A stretch of DNA of 64,000 nucleotides from assembly GCA_964520655.1 (NCBI GenBank), contig CAZFNI010000007.1:6398-70397 (forward strand), in the 5' to 3' direction. The notes under the pieces were generated by a model, which ran no database searches, was not told the DNA's origin, and saw only the letters and a program-made list of their open reading frames with translations. This DNA is from an uncultured Planctomycetales bacterium. Lineage in GTDB: Bacteria; Omnitrophota; Gorgyraeia; Zapsychrales; Fredricksoniimonadaceae. Numbering within the stretch: the stretch's first letter is position 1; every line of letters starts with the position of its first letter. Below are positions 16,530 through 25,459 of the stretch, piece after piece. Made by a program: the position numbers and the translations under genes.

Positions 16530-17505
16530 AGGTTTTCCTGTGATGGTGCTGGCCTTTGTTGCGGCGGCCCTAGCCACGGTCATTGTATTGTTGGTCTGGA
16601 TGCTTTTGCCCAAGCAGCGGTTCGTGCATACGCGCTATGACAAGGATCTGGGATGGGTTAATATCCCGAATTTAAATATTTCCGATGCGTTCGGAAAAGG
16701 CGTTTCTATCAGGACGAACGCTCAGGCTTTCCGTAATGACAGGGAATTCTCCATCGCTGTTCCGGCGGGGAAAAAACGGGTCATTTGCCTGGGGGATTCT
16801 TATACCTTTGCCTATGGGGTTGATAATGACCATGCCTGGTGCCAGCAGCTGGCGTTGCTGGACCCGCGCATCGAAAGCGTCAACATGGGGCAGGGGGCCT
16901 ACGGCATTGATCAGGCTTACTTGTGGTACAAACGAGACGGCCTGCCGTTGGACCATCATCTGCAGGTGTTCGCCGTCATTTATGATGACTTTAACAGATT
17001 CGGTAAAAGGTTCCTTGGTTACGAGAAGCCGGTTCTGGAGTTGCACGGAGGGAATTTGACGGTAGGGAATATTCCTGTCCCCAAGCAGTCAGTCTTGCAG
17101 CGGCGGATGGGGCAGATCATGGGAACATTGTATCAGTCCTCTAAGGTTAGCAGATCACAGCAGCGTCGGCTGGCGCTGGCTGTTTTTGAAGATTTGGATA
17201 AGATCAATAAGGGTAAAGGCGGCCGTTTGGCGGTCGTGTATCTACCGACCTATTTCGCGGATATGGGGCATAACAGCAACCGGGAGCTGCGCGCCTTTCT
17301 CAATGATGAACTTTTTAAAAGAGGGATCCCTTTTATCGATCTGACGGACGATTTCGCGCGGCTGCCAAAAGCACAGATCAGGGCGATGTATAATATCAAC
17401 GATCAGAAAGGCGGACATTATACGGAAATGGGGAATGCGTTCGTTGCAAAACTGCTTTTACCGCGATTGTCTGTGCTAATGGAGCAGCAGGGGATAGAGA
17501 GGTAG
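16504..17505 (+). CDS. SGNH/GDSL-family hydrolase (esterase or acyl-group hydrolase) with an N-terminal membrane anchor. The start may be downstream, at about 16540-16543.
   Basis: Block I motif VICLGDSYTFAYGV (GDS). A hydrophobic anchor VMVLAFVAAALATVIVLLVWMLL. It overlaps the upstream gene by 26 nt if the 16504 start is used. Confidence 0.6.
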   Translation: MPPSTRPHKGFPVMVLAFVAAALATVIVLLVWMLLPKQRFVHTRYDKDLGWVNIPNLNISDAFGKGVSIRTNAQAFRNDREFSIAVPAGKKRVICLGDSYTFAYGVDNDHAWCQQLALLDPRIESVNMGQGAYGIDQAYLWYKRDGLPLDHHLQVFAVIYDDFNRFGKRFLGYEKPVLELHGGNLTVGNIPVPKQSVLQRRMGQIMGTLYQSSKVSRSQQRRLALAVFEDLDKINKGKGGRLAVVYLPTYFADMGHNSNRELRAFLNDELFKRGIPFIDLTDDFARLPKAQIRAMYNINDQKGGHYTEMGNAFVAKLLLPRLSVLMEQQGIER

Positions 17506-17515
17506 TTTGGCTGAT

Positions 17516-19570
17516 ATGCGCAATGTCATCAAATTCGGTTGGCCGCTTGTTCTGTGGATGATCCTTTGCCGGGATCTCATCTGTGGAGCCATTCCATTTA
17601 ACATGGACACCAATACCATTTACGGGGTGGCCAAATTTTATTTTAATAATGTTTTTAACGGCGTTGTCCCCTTGTGGGACCCGTTCGTCAGTCTGGGCCA
17701 TCCGTTCTATGCCTTGTCGATCTGCAATTTGTTCAATCCCGTAACGCTGTTGATGCCGCTCTTGAAGCTGTGCGGCTTGTCGTACAATATCGCCTTCGCT
17801 TTGTATATGACCGCGTATTTCTGGGTCGGGGGCATGGGATTCTATTTTCTATTAAAGAGGCTCCTCAACGATAAAAGCTTGGCCTATCTCGGCTACGTGG
17901 CGCTGTTATTCTCCAGCTTTGGTCTTAGCATGTTCACCCAGTTCACATTCCTGGAGATCGTCGTCCCGGCCATTTGGTTCTTTTATTTCCTGGCCGCGTA
18001 TTTCGATCGGCAAACCAGGGGGCATTTGCTTGGTCTGACATGCGCATTGATGGCCGCGCTTTCGTCCTATTTGCCGTTTTATTTTCTAACGGTGCTGTTC
18101 GTGTTCATTGCCGCCGTTATTGTATTGTACCCCAAAGAAACATGGAGCTACTGCATCCGCTCATTCGCATTCAAATTCCAGCATTGGCCGTTGACTTTTC
18201 TTTGTGCGGCAGGCATTGTCTGTGCCGCCGGACCACTGTTGGCCTATAAAATGCTCGATGCTTCAGGCGACGCTGTCTCTCCCGGACGGCACTGTCAATA
18301 TTCGTCCATCGAGGAGTGTTATAACCGCACCATCAATCATCAGGGCGGCATGCTCTATGAAGAGATCGCCCGCAGCGGCGGACTTGGGGAACGTTTGGAT
18401 ATTGGGTATTTATTCACCCATTTGGATAAGTTGACCTATGGCAGTGATTCGCTTTTCTTCGTTCCGGTATTGATCTATATTCTGATTGTTTTATCCATTG
18501 GTTTGAAATGCAGCCGTTTTAATGTGCTGTTAGTCGCCATGATGACCGGCATCGGCCTGATCGGGCTTGGCAGCGCTTGCGGTCTGCACCGTTTTTTATA
18601 CGACCACGTTTTCTTCTTTAAATATTTCCGAAATTTATTCTTCCTGGGGGCATTCTTAATTCCGCTTGCGATCATCTTCGCGCTTAGGCAGTTGAAAGAA
18701 CTGTTGTTATATAAACCGGCAGATGCCAGCCGTAAAAAGTTCGCTATTGTCGCCATTGTGGCAACCCACGCCGGCATGGCGGCGTATTTATGGCATTTAG
18801 GCGGCATTATCCCGTCGATATGGATCACGTTGGTGTTGAGCGCGGCGATGTTCTCTCTGTACTATGCGGGCGGATGGGTCTGGCCGCTTCGATACTGGAT
18901 GTGGGGGATGGTTCTGCTCATGCTCATTGAGCCCTTGGCGCTCATGCATGCCTATGCGCAAAACGCCGTGGAATTCCGCTGCGTATTGCCTAATGCCCAT
19001 GTGGTCCCGCGATTTTCCTGGGTGCGTCCGGATAAGCCGGCCACCAGCGCCTGCCGCATCTATCAATTTGTCCCCTATGAAGACTTCTGGTATGCCATGA
19101 GCATGACCGACGCCCCGGCGGTGGTGGGATACCCACAGGCCGCGGCGCGCTATGTGTTCATGCTCTCCAAACAATTAGGGGACGTGCCGTTATCACAATA
19201 TGCGAAATATAAAGTGTACCTGTTCGATGACCTGACCTCGTCGGGTCAGGTCATCGACGGCACACAGCCGTCGGTGCGTATCGTGCATTTTGACGTCAAC
19301 CGCGTTGTGTTCGATGTCGATCTGCCCAAGAGAAAGCAGCTGGTCTATAATGACGCTTATACCCAGCAATGGCGCGTTCTTGTCGACGGTCGGCATCAGG
19401 AACTTGTGCGGGCCAGTGGCGCCTTCAAAGGGGTTTGGGTAGAGCAGGGGCGTCACCGGGTGGAGTTCTCCTATCACCCGCCCGGGGGACAATGGGTCTA
19501 TCTGTTAACGACGGCGGTCCTTTTGGTATTTTTCATTATTACTGGGATAATGCTATGGAAAAAAATATGA
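17516..19570 (+). CDS. Family B-1: YfhO-like polytopic membrane protein (putative GT-C glycosyltransferase using a polyprenyl-phosphate sugar donor).
   Basis: About 685 aa and multi-TM. The C-terminal region NDAYTQQWRVLVDGRHQELVRASGAFKGVWVEQGRHRVEFSYHPP matches the characteristic YfhO C-terminal block ([WF]-x-[AV]-x-VDG ... G-x-H-x-[IV]-x-[FW]-x-Y). The ORF-track start at 17507 is TTG; the ATG at 17516 is preferred. Confidence 0.6.
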   Translation: MRNVIKFGWPLVLWMILCRDLICGAIPFNMDTNTIYGVAKFYFNNVFNGVVPLWDPFVSLGHPFYALSICNLFNPVTLLMPLLKLCGLSYNIAFALYMTAYFWVGGMGFYFLLKRLLNDKSLAYLGYVALLFSSFGLSMFTQFTFLEIVVPAIWFFYFLAAYFDRQTRGHLLGLTCALMAALSSYLPFYFLTVLFVFIAAVIVLYPKETWSYCIRSFAFKFQHWPLTFLCAAGIVCAAGPLLAYKMLDASGDAVSPGRHCQYSSIEECYNRTINHQGGMLYEEIARSGGLGERLDIGYLFTHLDKLTYGSDSLFFVPVLIYILIVLSIGLKCSRFNVLLVAMMTGIGLIGLGSACGLHRFLYDHVFFFKYFRNLFFLGAFLIPLAIIFALRQLKELLLYKPADASRKKFAIVAIVATHAGMAAYLWHLGGIIPSIWITLVLSAAMFSLYYAGGWVWPLRYWMWGMVLLMLIEPLALMHAYAQNAVEFRCVLPNAHVVPRFSWVRPDKPATSACRIYQFVPYEDFWYAMSMTDAPAVVGYPQAAARYVFMLSKQLGDVPLSQYAKYKVYLFDDLTSSGQVIDGTQPSVRIVHFDVNRVVFDVDLPKRKQLVYNDAYTQQWRVLVDGRHQELVRASGAFKGVWVEQGRHRVEFSYHPPGGQWVYLLTTAVLLVFFIITGIMLWKKI

Positions 19571-19788
19571 TCCTAAAGATATTATTGCGCAATGCGCTGC
19601 TGTTCTTGATCGCGGCAGCCCTGCTCTCAAAAAGCGTTGATCGGCAGGAATGTTTTATCAAGCGCGGAAAATATTTATTAGGGATCGTTTATAACGGTTT
19701 TTTCCAGAATGAGCGCGACAAGATCGTGTACGAGGATTATTTAAAGCGGCATGGCAGCTCCCCTGAGATATTCCAAAAGGGGTTATAA
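19555..19788 (+). CDS. Small hypothetical protein (77 aa) with an N-terminal hydrophobic segment.
   Basis: ATG at 19555 overlaps the end of the upstream gene, and the CDS otherwise fills a 300-nt gap. MEKNMILKILLRNALLFLIAAALL. No recognisable domain. Confidence 0.3.
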   Translation: MEKNMILKILLRNALLFLIAAALLSKSVDRQECFIKRGKYLLGIVYNGFFQNERDKIVYEDYLKRHGSSPEIFQKGL

Positions 19789-19867
19789 GCCATCGCGAAA
19801 GAGTGTTGCCATGGCCTTGTGTTGTCTGCTAGTATGGGGGCCTGTAATTACCCACTAAAGATATATC

Positions 19868-20719
19868 ATGAATCTGAAAAGATCGTTTAGAGATTTTCGC
19901 CGGCAGGTCATCCGCTTGTGGCGCATCAATTCCGCGATACCGCGGCTGCTGCGGTACAATCCGTATACTGGCTTTATCGGACGGAGGCTGTTCCAATATA
20001 TCCCGTTCTTGTTGCCGCATGATAAAAGTTACTACGGCTTCGCGCATCTGGTGCATCAGGGGCCTGGTCTTTTTCTGGATGTGGGAGCCAATGACGGGAT
20101 CTCCGCGATCGGGTTCCGCCACATCCACAGCGACTACGATATCATTTCCATCGAACCCAATTTGTGCCATGAGCGGGCGTTGCGCAAATTAAAACGCCGT
20201 CTGACCCGGTTTGAGTTCAAACTGATCGGGGCGGGCCGCGAGCGTTCCCAGATGACCTTGTATATCCCTATTTATAACGGGGTGCCGATCTACACCGCGG
20301 CTTCCCTGCGGCGGGATTATGTCATGACCACGATGGAAGAGCAGCATTTGCCGGGGCAGAAAGATAAGAGCATTGTCATTGTGGAATACAAAGTGGACAT
20401 TGTCCCTCTGGATGAGCTGGGATTAAAGCCAGACATCATCAAGATCGATACAGAGGGTTTTGACCTGGAGGTGCTGCTGGGACTGCAGCAAACGATCGCC
20501 GTTGCCCGGCCGTCAATATTGATCGAGCATAATCCCGATCTGCTTCCCAAGCTGGAGGTGTTCTTTAAGGAACGCGACTACCTTTTGTTAACCTATGACC
20601 ATCCCTCCGACAGTTTCACTCTTTTTGATAGGAAAAAAGAGCTGGATATTTATCAAAATCAGAAAGTGACGACCAATATTTTCTGCGTCCCTAAAGAAAA
20701 ATCATCGGGCTTATGCTGA
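19868..20719 (+). CDS. FkbM-family SAM-dependent methyltransferase.
   Basis: FLDVGANDGISAIGF glycine-rich motif and IDTEGFDLEVLLG are typical of the FkbM family. 283 aa. Confidence 0.65.
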   Translation: MNLKRSFRDFRRQVIRLWRINSAIPRLLRYNPYTGFIGRRLFQYIPFLLPHDKSYYGFAHLVHQGPGLFLDVGANDGISAIGFRHIHSDYDIISIEPNLCHERALRKLKRRLTRFEFKLIGAGRERSQMTLYIPIYNGVPIYTAASLRRDYVMTTMEEQHLPGQKDKSIVIVEYKVDIVPLDELGLKPDIIKIDTEGFDLEVLLGLQQTIAVARPSILIEHNPDLLPKLEVFFKERDYLLLTYDHPSDSFTLFDRKKELDIYQNQKVTTNIFCVPKEKSSGLC

Positions 20720-23196
20720 CGGTATTAATATCAGTTGGCCTGTCTTTGCTGGCCTCTTTGTTCTTATTCTCGGACCTGTTCTGGTTCCATAACCAGAGCT
20801 TCATGTGGCATCATGATACCGAGATCCCTTTTGAGAATACCTTTAACATCATTTCATTCTTTTCTCAGGGCGGGGTGCAGCTTTTCGACCCTTTCGACGG
20901 TTTTAATTACGCGTATTCCCATTTAAGCAGCGGGTTTTACACTGTAGCCAATGCCATCACCGCATTTATTTATCTATTGTTCTCTCCGTTCTATAGTGAA
21001 CCCGGGCAGGCCTACCATCATTGTTTCAGTGTTGTGTTCCATGCGGTCACGATGCTTTTGCGCACGATCGGCGGGTATTGTCTGCTTAACCGCATGAGAC
21101 TCAACCGTCCGGTCATGGTCATTTCCCTTGTGATCCTCAATACATTTTTGTCGTCGACGATGTATTTTGGATTATTGACGGATAATCTGTATTCCTATTT
21201 CCCGCTCCTGGCGTATTTTATCGTGAGTTATTTCGAGCATTTCCGCGCCAGGGATCTGGCGGCAGCATTCTTGGTGTTTGTCATTTGCGTCGCCAATTCC
21301 CCATTCTTTGCGCTGGGCTATTTTTATGAACCGGTGCATTTTTTGATCTTAAGCGCCGCGTTGATCGGATTGATATTCTATCGGCGCAGCATCAAGTGGC
21401 ATAAGCTTGGCGAACCGATGCTGTGGATCAAGACAGCGGGTGTTCTGCTGCTGGCGGCGCTGATCTTGCTGCCGTCGGGGATGCTGTCAAAGTCCCTGTC
21501 GAAAGATTTTTATGTGGCTAATTCAGGCATTAATGGGACAGAGGGGCGTTTAAAAAGCATATTTAATCCCAAGAAATATTTCTCGCCAAAATCAGAAACA
21601 TTGATCCCCCTTAAGGAGCTTCCGTTCAAGGTCGTCGATACGACCAATGACTGGTGGGAGAAATCGTGGATATTCTGGGGAGCGGGCATCATTGGGTTGG
21701 CGTTCTTTGGTCTGGTTGCCAGTCATCGACGGGAGAAATATATGTTCGGCGCCGCGATGGGGTTGATCGTGCTCTCCAATACCGCGCTTGATCCCTCTTC
21801 TCCGTTGTCGCTGGCGCACTGGATCAATGCCTTAACCAATCCTTTTGCGTTCTTGTTGCGCAGCTATCATATGCCGATCCTGTTGATGCCCTATCTGCTC
21901 TTTGTGCCTGTGGCGTTAGGATTGCAGGCGGTATGGGACCTCTCTGTTCGGATCAAAGGCCATGTGCATTGGTTTAAAAGCATGGTGCTGGTCGTTGGTC
22001 TAGTCCTCTTATTAAAGCTGGCGCTGACTTTCCCGGAACCGGTCAGAAGTTATGCTGCTATTGTTGCCGGTTTGTTCATTGGACTTGCTGTTGTGCTCAT
22101 CGCACCGCTTGCGCCTAAAGCGCGCATGGTCACAGCGGCGGTCTTGATGCTTGTCATCGCCGGTATCGACAGTAACGCATTGTGGAAATATTATGTCCAG
22201 AATCAATACCATGGACGCTATTTCTGTAAGGACGACGGGCGGCACATCAAGCCGCGGATATTCGATGATTTTAAGCAAGAGGTGCCGCTGATCTTGGAAT
22301 ACCAGGACCCGGCCATGATCCCCTGGCGCGAATTCGTGCGTGTTTTCCCCACACAGACCGCGCCGGCCATGCACAGCGAGCAAAATCATTATGGATTGTT
22401 CTACCGGTATCATGCCTTAGAGCGTTTCTTGCTGGAACCCAATATTTACGCGCCGCGGCCTTATGTGTATAAAGATCTCTATCAAGATACGGAGACGATC
22501 CGTCTGCTGGCCCAGGATCCCCGGTCGATATTTCTGGCGTCAGATGTCAATGGCGGTGCCGTGCAGGACCTGGGACGGCATCTCGAGCGTTTTGAACTGG
22601 ATATGCGCCGGGGGAAATTTGTCACAAAAGAGGGTTATTTGCAAGGGCAGTGGAAGCTTCCGGATGGATTTAATCCTTTTGCCGCGACCGGGGTGTTCAC
22701 GTTGGATCAGGACCTGATGAAGGCAGCCGTTGATGGGGAGATCTATACGCCGGTCCAGGGGGCACTGACCGCTTTGCGTCAATTTGATGTGAACAATATC
22801 AGAAAAGGATATCTGACAGCAGCGCTGCCGCGGGGTTTTGTGGTCAAAGATAAACCGTTGCTGTTATTCTATCACCGCAGCAATGAACTGCTGCGGGTGA
22901 GAGAAAATACGCTGGACCGCATGACGTTTGATTTTCTGGCGAGCAGGGCAGGGTATTTAAAGACCAGGATCGCCTTCAATGATCAATGGCGCGTTACTGT
23001 TGACGGCAAAGAAGTTACACCTGTGAAGGTGGACAAATATTTCCTAGGCGTGCCGATCTCCCAAGGACAGCATACGATCACATGGCAGTATGGCGCGGGG
23101 AGCATGTTACGCGTATGGATCATTGTGTCCATGCTGTTGACTTTCCTGGTGTTGGCTGCTGTTTTACGTTTTTCGATCAGAAGTTCTGCCTTTTAG
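20713..23196 (+). CDS. Family B-2: YfhO-like polytopic membrane protein (827 aa).
   Basis: Shares with the B-3/B-4/B-5 paralogs the blocks QGGVQLFDPFDGFNYAYS and HWINALTNPFAFLLRSYHM, plus the C-terminal NDQWRVTVDGKEVTPVKVDKYFLGVPISQGQHTITWQY (YfhO-like). Confidence 0.65.
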   Translation: MLTVLISVGLSLLASLFLFSDLFWFHNQSFMWHHDTEIPFENTFNIISFFSQGGVQLFDPFDGFNYAYSHLSSGFYTVANAITAFIYLLFSPFYSEPGQAYHHCFSVVFHAVTMLLRTIGGYCLLNRMRLNRPVMVISLVILNTFLSSTMYFGLLTDNLYSYFPLLAYFIVSYFEHFRARDLAAAFLVFVICVANSPFFALGYFYEPVHFLILSAALIGLIFYRRSIKWHKLGEPMLWIKTAGVLLLAALILLPSGMLSKSLSKDFYVANSGINGTEGRLKSIFNPKKYFSPKSETLIPLKELPFKVVDTTNDWWEKSWIFWGAGIIGLAFFGLVASHRREKYMFGAAMGLIVLSNTALDPSSPLSLAHWINALTNPFAFLLRSYHMPILLMPYLLFVPVALGLQAVWDLSVRIKGHVHWFKSMVLVVGLVLLLKLALTFPEPVRSYAAIVAGLFIGLAVVLIAPLAPKARMVTAAVLMLVIAGIDSNALWKYYVQNQYHGRYFCKDDGRHIKPRIFDDFKQEVPLILEYQDPAMIPWREFVRVFPTQTAPAMHSEQNHYGLFYRYHALERFLLEPNIYAPRPYVYKDLYQDTETIRLLAQDPRSIFLASDVNGGAVQDLGRHLERFELDMRRGKFVTKEGYLQGQWKLPDGFNPFAATGVFTLDQDLMKAAVDGEIYTPVQGALTALRQFDVNNIRKGYLTAALPRGFVVKDKPLLLFYHRSNELLRVRENTLDRMTFDFLASRAGYLKTRIAFNDQWRVTVDGKEVTPVKVDKYFLGVPISQGQHTITWQYGAGSMLRVWIIVSMLLTFLVLAAVLRFSIRSSAF

Positions 23197-23240
23197 AGAA
23201 AAATTCAAGCAAATTTTTTGAGAATAGGTATAATGCCCCT

Positions 23241-24662
23241 ATGCAACAAACGCATTTTGATTATTGTGTGGTGGGCAGCGGCCCAAGCGGTCTGACCGCG
23301 GCCTATAAGCTTCTTAAAGGGGGCAAAAGCGTCCTGCTCATTGAACGCGATGACCGCATCGGCGGTTTGGCCAAAAGCTATGAATATGACGGCCACATCT
23401 TCGATACCGGCCCCAAACGTTTTCATACTGACGATCCCGTGGTGCTGGACTTCATCCAGGAGATCACTAAAGGCCATATCGCCACCATCGGCCGCTCGAC
23501 CAAAGTTTTTTTCTTAGGCAAATATTTTGAATGGCCCCTGCAGACCAAGGACCTGATCAAAATGCCGGCGGGTGTTTCTTTTAAATGTGCCATCGATTTG
23601 CTGAAAAAACGTCCGATCACCGATAAGGCCTCGTTTCACCAATTCATCAATTCCAAATACGGCGAAACACTCTACGGCGTTTTCTTCAAACCATATACAC
23701 AGAAATTCCTGCGCTGGGATACGGAAGACATCCATTCCGATTGGGCTTCGACAGGCATCAACCGCACGGTCATCGATAAACGCATCAATGCCAATTCACT
23801 ATTGGACCTGTTCCGTTCTTTGCTGCTTCCCGCGAAAGTAGAGACTGAATTCTTATACCCGTTAGAAGGCGGCTTCGGTGGTTTTTATGAACAGATGCTG
23901 GGGCTTTGCCGTCAAATGAAAGGTTTTCACCTGCAGCTATCCGACACGATCGTTCAGCTGAAGGATACTGGAAAGATCTTCGAAGCCCAAACCGCTGCAC
24001 GGCAGAATTTCACGTTCACGGACTTGATATGGACGGGGAATTTAAACGCGTTAAGCGCTGTCGTTGCGCCTAAGAATACGAACGTCAGTTATCTGAATAC
24101 GATCTTTTACAATGTGATCTGTAAAGAAGAGGGCGTCGGCCAGCAGAAAGCACAGTGGATCTACGTCAGCCGTGGGGATAGTTTGATCAGCCGCATCACC
24201 TGCATGAAAGAATTTCTGCCTTATACCTGCCGCGAGGGCTATTACAACATGATCTGTGAGTTGACGGATTCTCAGAAGGTTCCTCATTATTTTAACGACC
24301 CGCAGGCGCATAAAGACGGCATTTTAGATGAGTTGGCAGGGATGAGATTCATCCGCAACAAAAAATATGTAGATGCGGTGCATGTGGAGCCGGTCAAGGA
24401 CACGTATCCGATCTATCACCGCCGCTACAGCCATGATTTTGCCAAAGTCAAGGCGGGCATCGCTCAGTTCTCCAAACGCATCCATTTGCTGGGCCGCTGC
24501 GGTGCGTTCTGGTATAACAATTCCGACCATTCCATCCGTTTTGCCATCGAGACAGCGGACAAACTGCTGGGTGCTCAGAAAAAAGAATTCGATTACCGGG
24601 ATTATTTCGGCGGTCTTTACGGAGCCGGTGCTCATCAGGCGGAAGAAAGCGTCACCACATAA
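23241..24662 (+). CDS. FAD/NAD(P)-binding oxidoreductase (amine-oxidase / UDP-galactopyranose-mutase-like superfamily). The ORF-track upstream extension from 23082 is rejected.
   Basis: Rossmann dinucleotide motif DYCVVGSGPSGLTAAYKLLKGGKSVLLIERDDRIGG at the N-terminus. The ATG at 23241 follows the upstream stop at 23196. Confidence 0.6.
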   Translation: MQQTHFDYCVVGSGPSGLTAAYKLLKGGKSVLLIERDDRIGGLAKSYEYDGHIFDTGPKRFHTDDPVVLDFIQEITKGHIATIGRSTKVFFLGKYFEWPLQTKDLIKMPAGVSFKCAIDLLKKRPITDKASFHQFINSKYGETLYGVFFKPYTQKFLRWDTEDIHSDWASTGINRTVIDKRINANSLLDLFRSLLLPAKVETEFLYPLEGGFGGFYEQMLGLCRQMKGFHLQLSDTIVQLKDTGKIFEAQTAARQNFTFTDLIWTGNLNALSAVVAPKNTNVSYLNTIFYNVICKEEGVGQQKAQWIYVSRGDSLISRITCMKEFLPYTCREGYYNMICELTDSQKVPHYFNDPQAHKDGILDELAGMRFIRNKKYVDAVHVEPVKDTYPIYHRRYSHDFAKVKAGIAQFSKRIHLLGRCGAFWYNNSDHSIRFAIETADKLLGAQKKEFDYRDYFGGLYGAGAHQAEESVTT

Positions 24663-24675
24663 GCCGGAGGTTGTG

Positions 24676-25452
24676 ATGAAGAACATTCTTGTCGTCGGCG
24701 GATCCAGCGGGATCGGCGCGGCGACGGTCCAATTGCTTAAACAGCAGGGTTTCCATGTCCAAATAGGGGATATCCGCAAGCCGGGATCGGATACGGATTT
24801 TGTTACGCTGGACATAAGCAGCCCCTCGGGCTATGCCAATGCCCTGGCGCTTTTTAAATCCTCCCAGAAACGTTTCGACGCGCTTGTCATCACCGCGGCC
24901 ATGCACAGCGCATACCCATCTGAATATGTCAGCGACCAGATAATCGACAAAGTCCTGGCGGTCAATTTGACCGGACACATCAAATTCGTGCGGGACATGA
25001 TACCGCTGCTTAATCCCAACAGTCGCATCATTGCTGTTTCCTCGATCGCGGCCGGCATCGGCATCCCCATGGAGTCCCTTTACAGTGCGTCCAAAGCGGG
25101 TCTGGAAATGTTCTATGAGTCTCTTTCCGTCGAGATCGCATACCGCGATATCAGCTGTACGATCATCCAGCCGGGGAACGTGAATACGGGTTTTAATGAG
25201 ACCCATAATGATTTTCCCGGGACAGGCCAGGCACAAGTGGACGGCCCTTACCAGACGATCCTCAAACGCATTGACAGCAGGCTGGGCATGCCGCCTGCGG
25301 ATGTTGCGAACGTGATCGCTTTGGCCGTCAATGCGGCACGCCCCAGATTTTCCTATATCGTCGGACAGAATGCGCTCAAGGCCCACTGGGCTAAACGGAT
25401 CCTGGGCCGCGACCGGGCGCTGGTCGTCATGAAAAAATTTTTCGGTCTATAA
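24676..25452 (+). CDS. Short-chain dehydrogenase/reductase (SDR).
   Basis: MKNILVVGGSSGIGAATV (TGxxxGxG-type) and the catalytic YSASKAG (YxxxK) motif. The ORF-track upstream extension from 24373 is rejected in favour of the ATG at 24676. Confidence 0.75.
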   Translation: MKNILVVGGSSGIGAATVQLLKQQGFHVQIGDIRKPGSDTDFVTLDISSPSGYANALALFKSSQKRFDALVITAAMHSAYPSEYVSDQIIDKVLAVNLTGHIKFVRDMIPLLNPNSRIIAVSSIAAGIGIPMESLYSASKAGLEMFYESLSVEIAYRDISCTIIQPGNVNTGFNETHNDFPGTGQAQVDGPYQTILKRIDSRLGMPPADVANVIALAVNAARPRFSYIVGQNALKAHWAKRILGRDRALVVMKKFFGL

Positions 25453-25459
25453 TCTTCCT

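Noticed and set aside
16672-17059. Overlapping + and minus ORFs (124 aa each) inside the SGNH hydrolase gene. Similar internal ORFs occur at 5418..5696, 6012..6350, 7974..8216, 13696..14130, 18797..19174, 32078..32605, 40224..40598, 42745..43158, 45944..46375, 48987..49484 and 57754..58125.
   Set aside because: They lie inside longer ORFs that have paralog or domain support. They are compositionally biased (Arg/Ala/Pro-rich) and have no start-context support.
23082-23240. ORF-track N-terminal extension of the FAD oxidoreductase.
   Set aside because: It overlaps the C-terminus of YfhO-2. The Rossmann motif begins 7 aa after the ATG at 23241, which sits after the upstream stop.
24652-25386. 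244-aa minus-strand ORF antisense to the SDR gene, and the + strand extension 24373..24675 of the SDR ORF.
   Set aside because: The SDR on the + strand has TGxxxGxG and YxxxK motifs and starts at the ATG at 24676, right after the upstream stop. The antisense and extension ORFs lack any signature.
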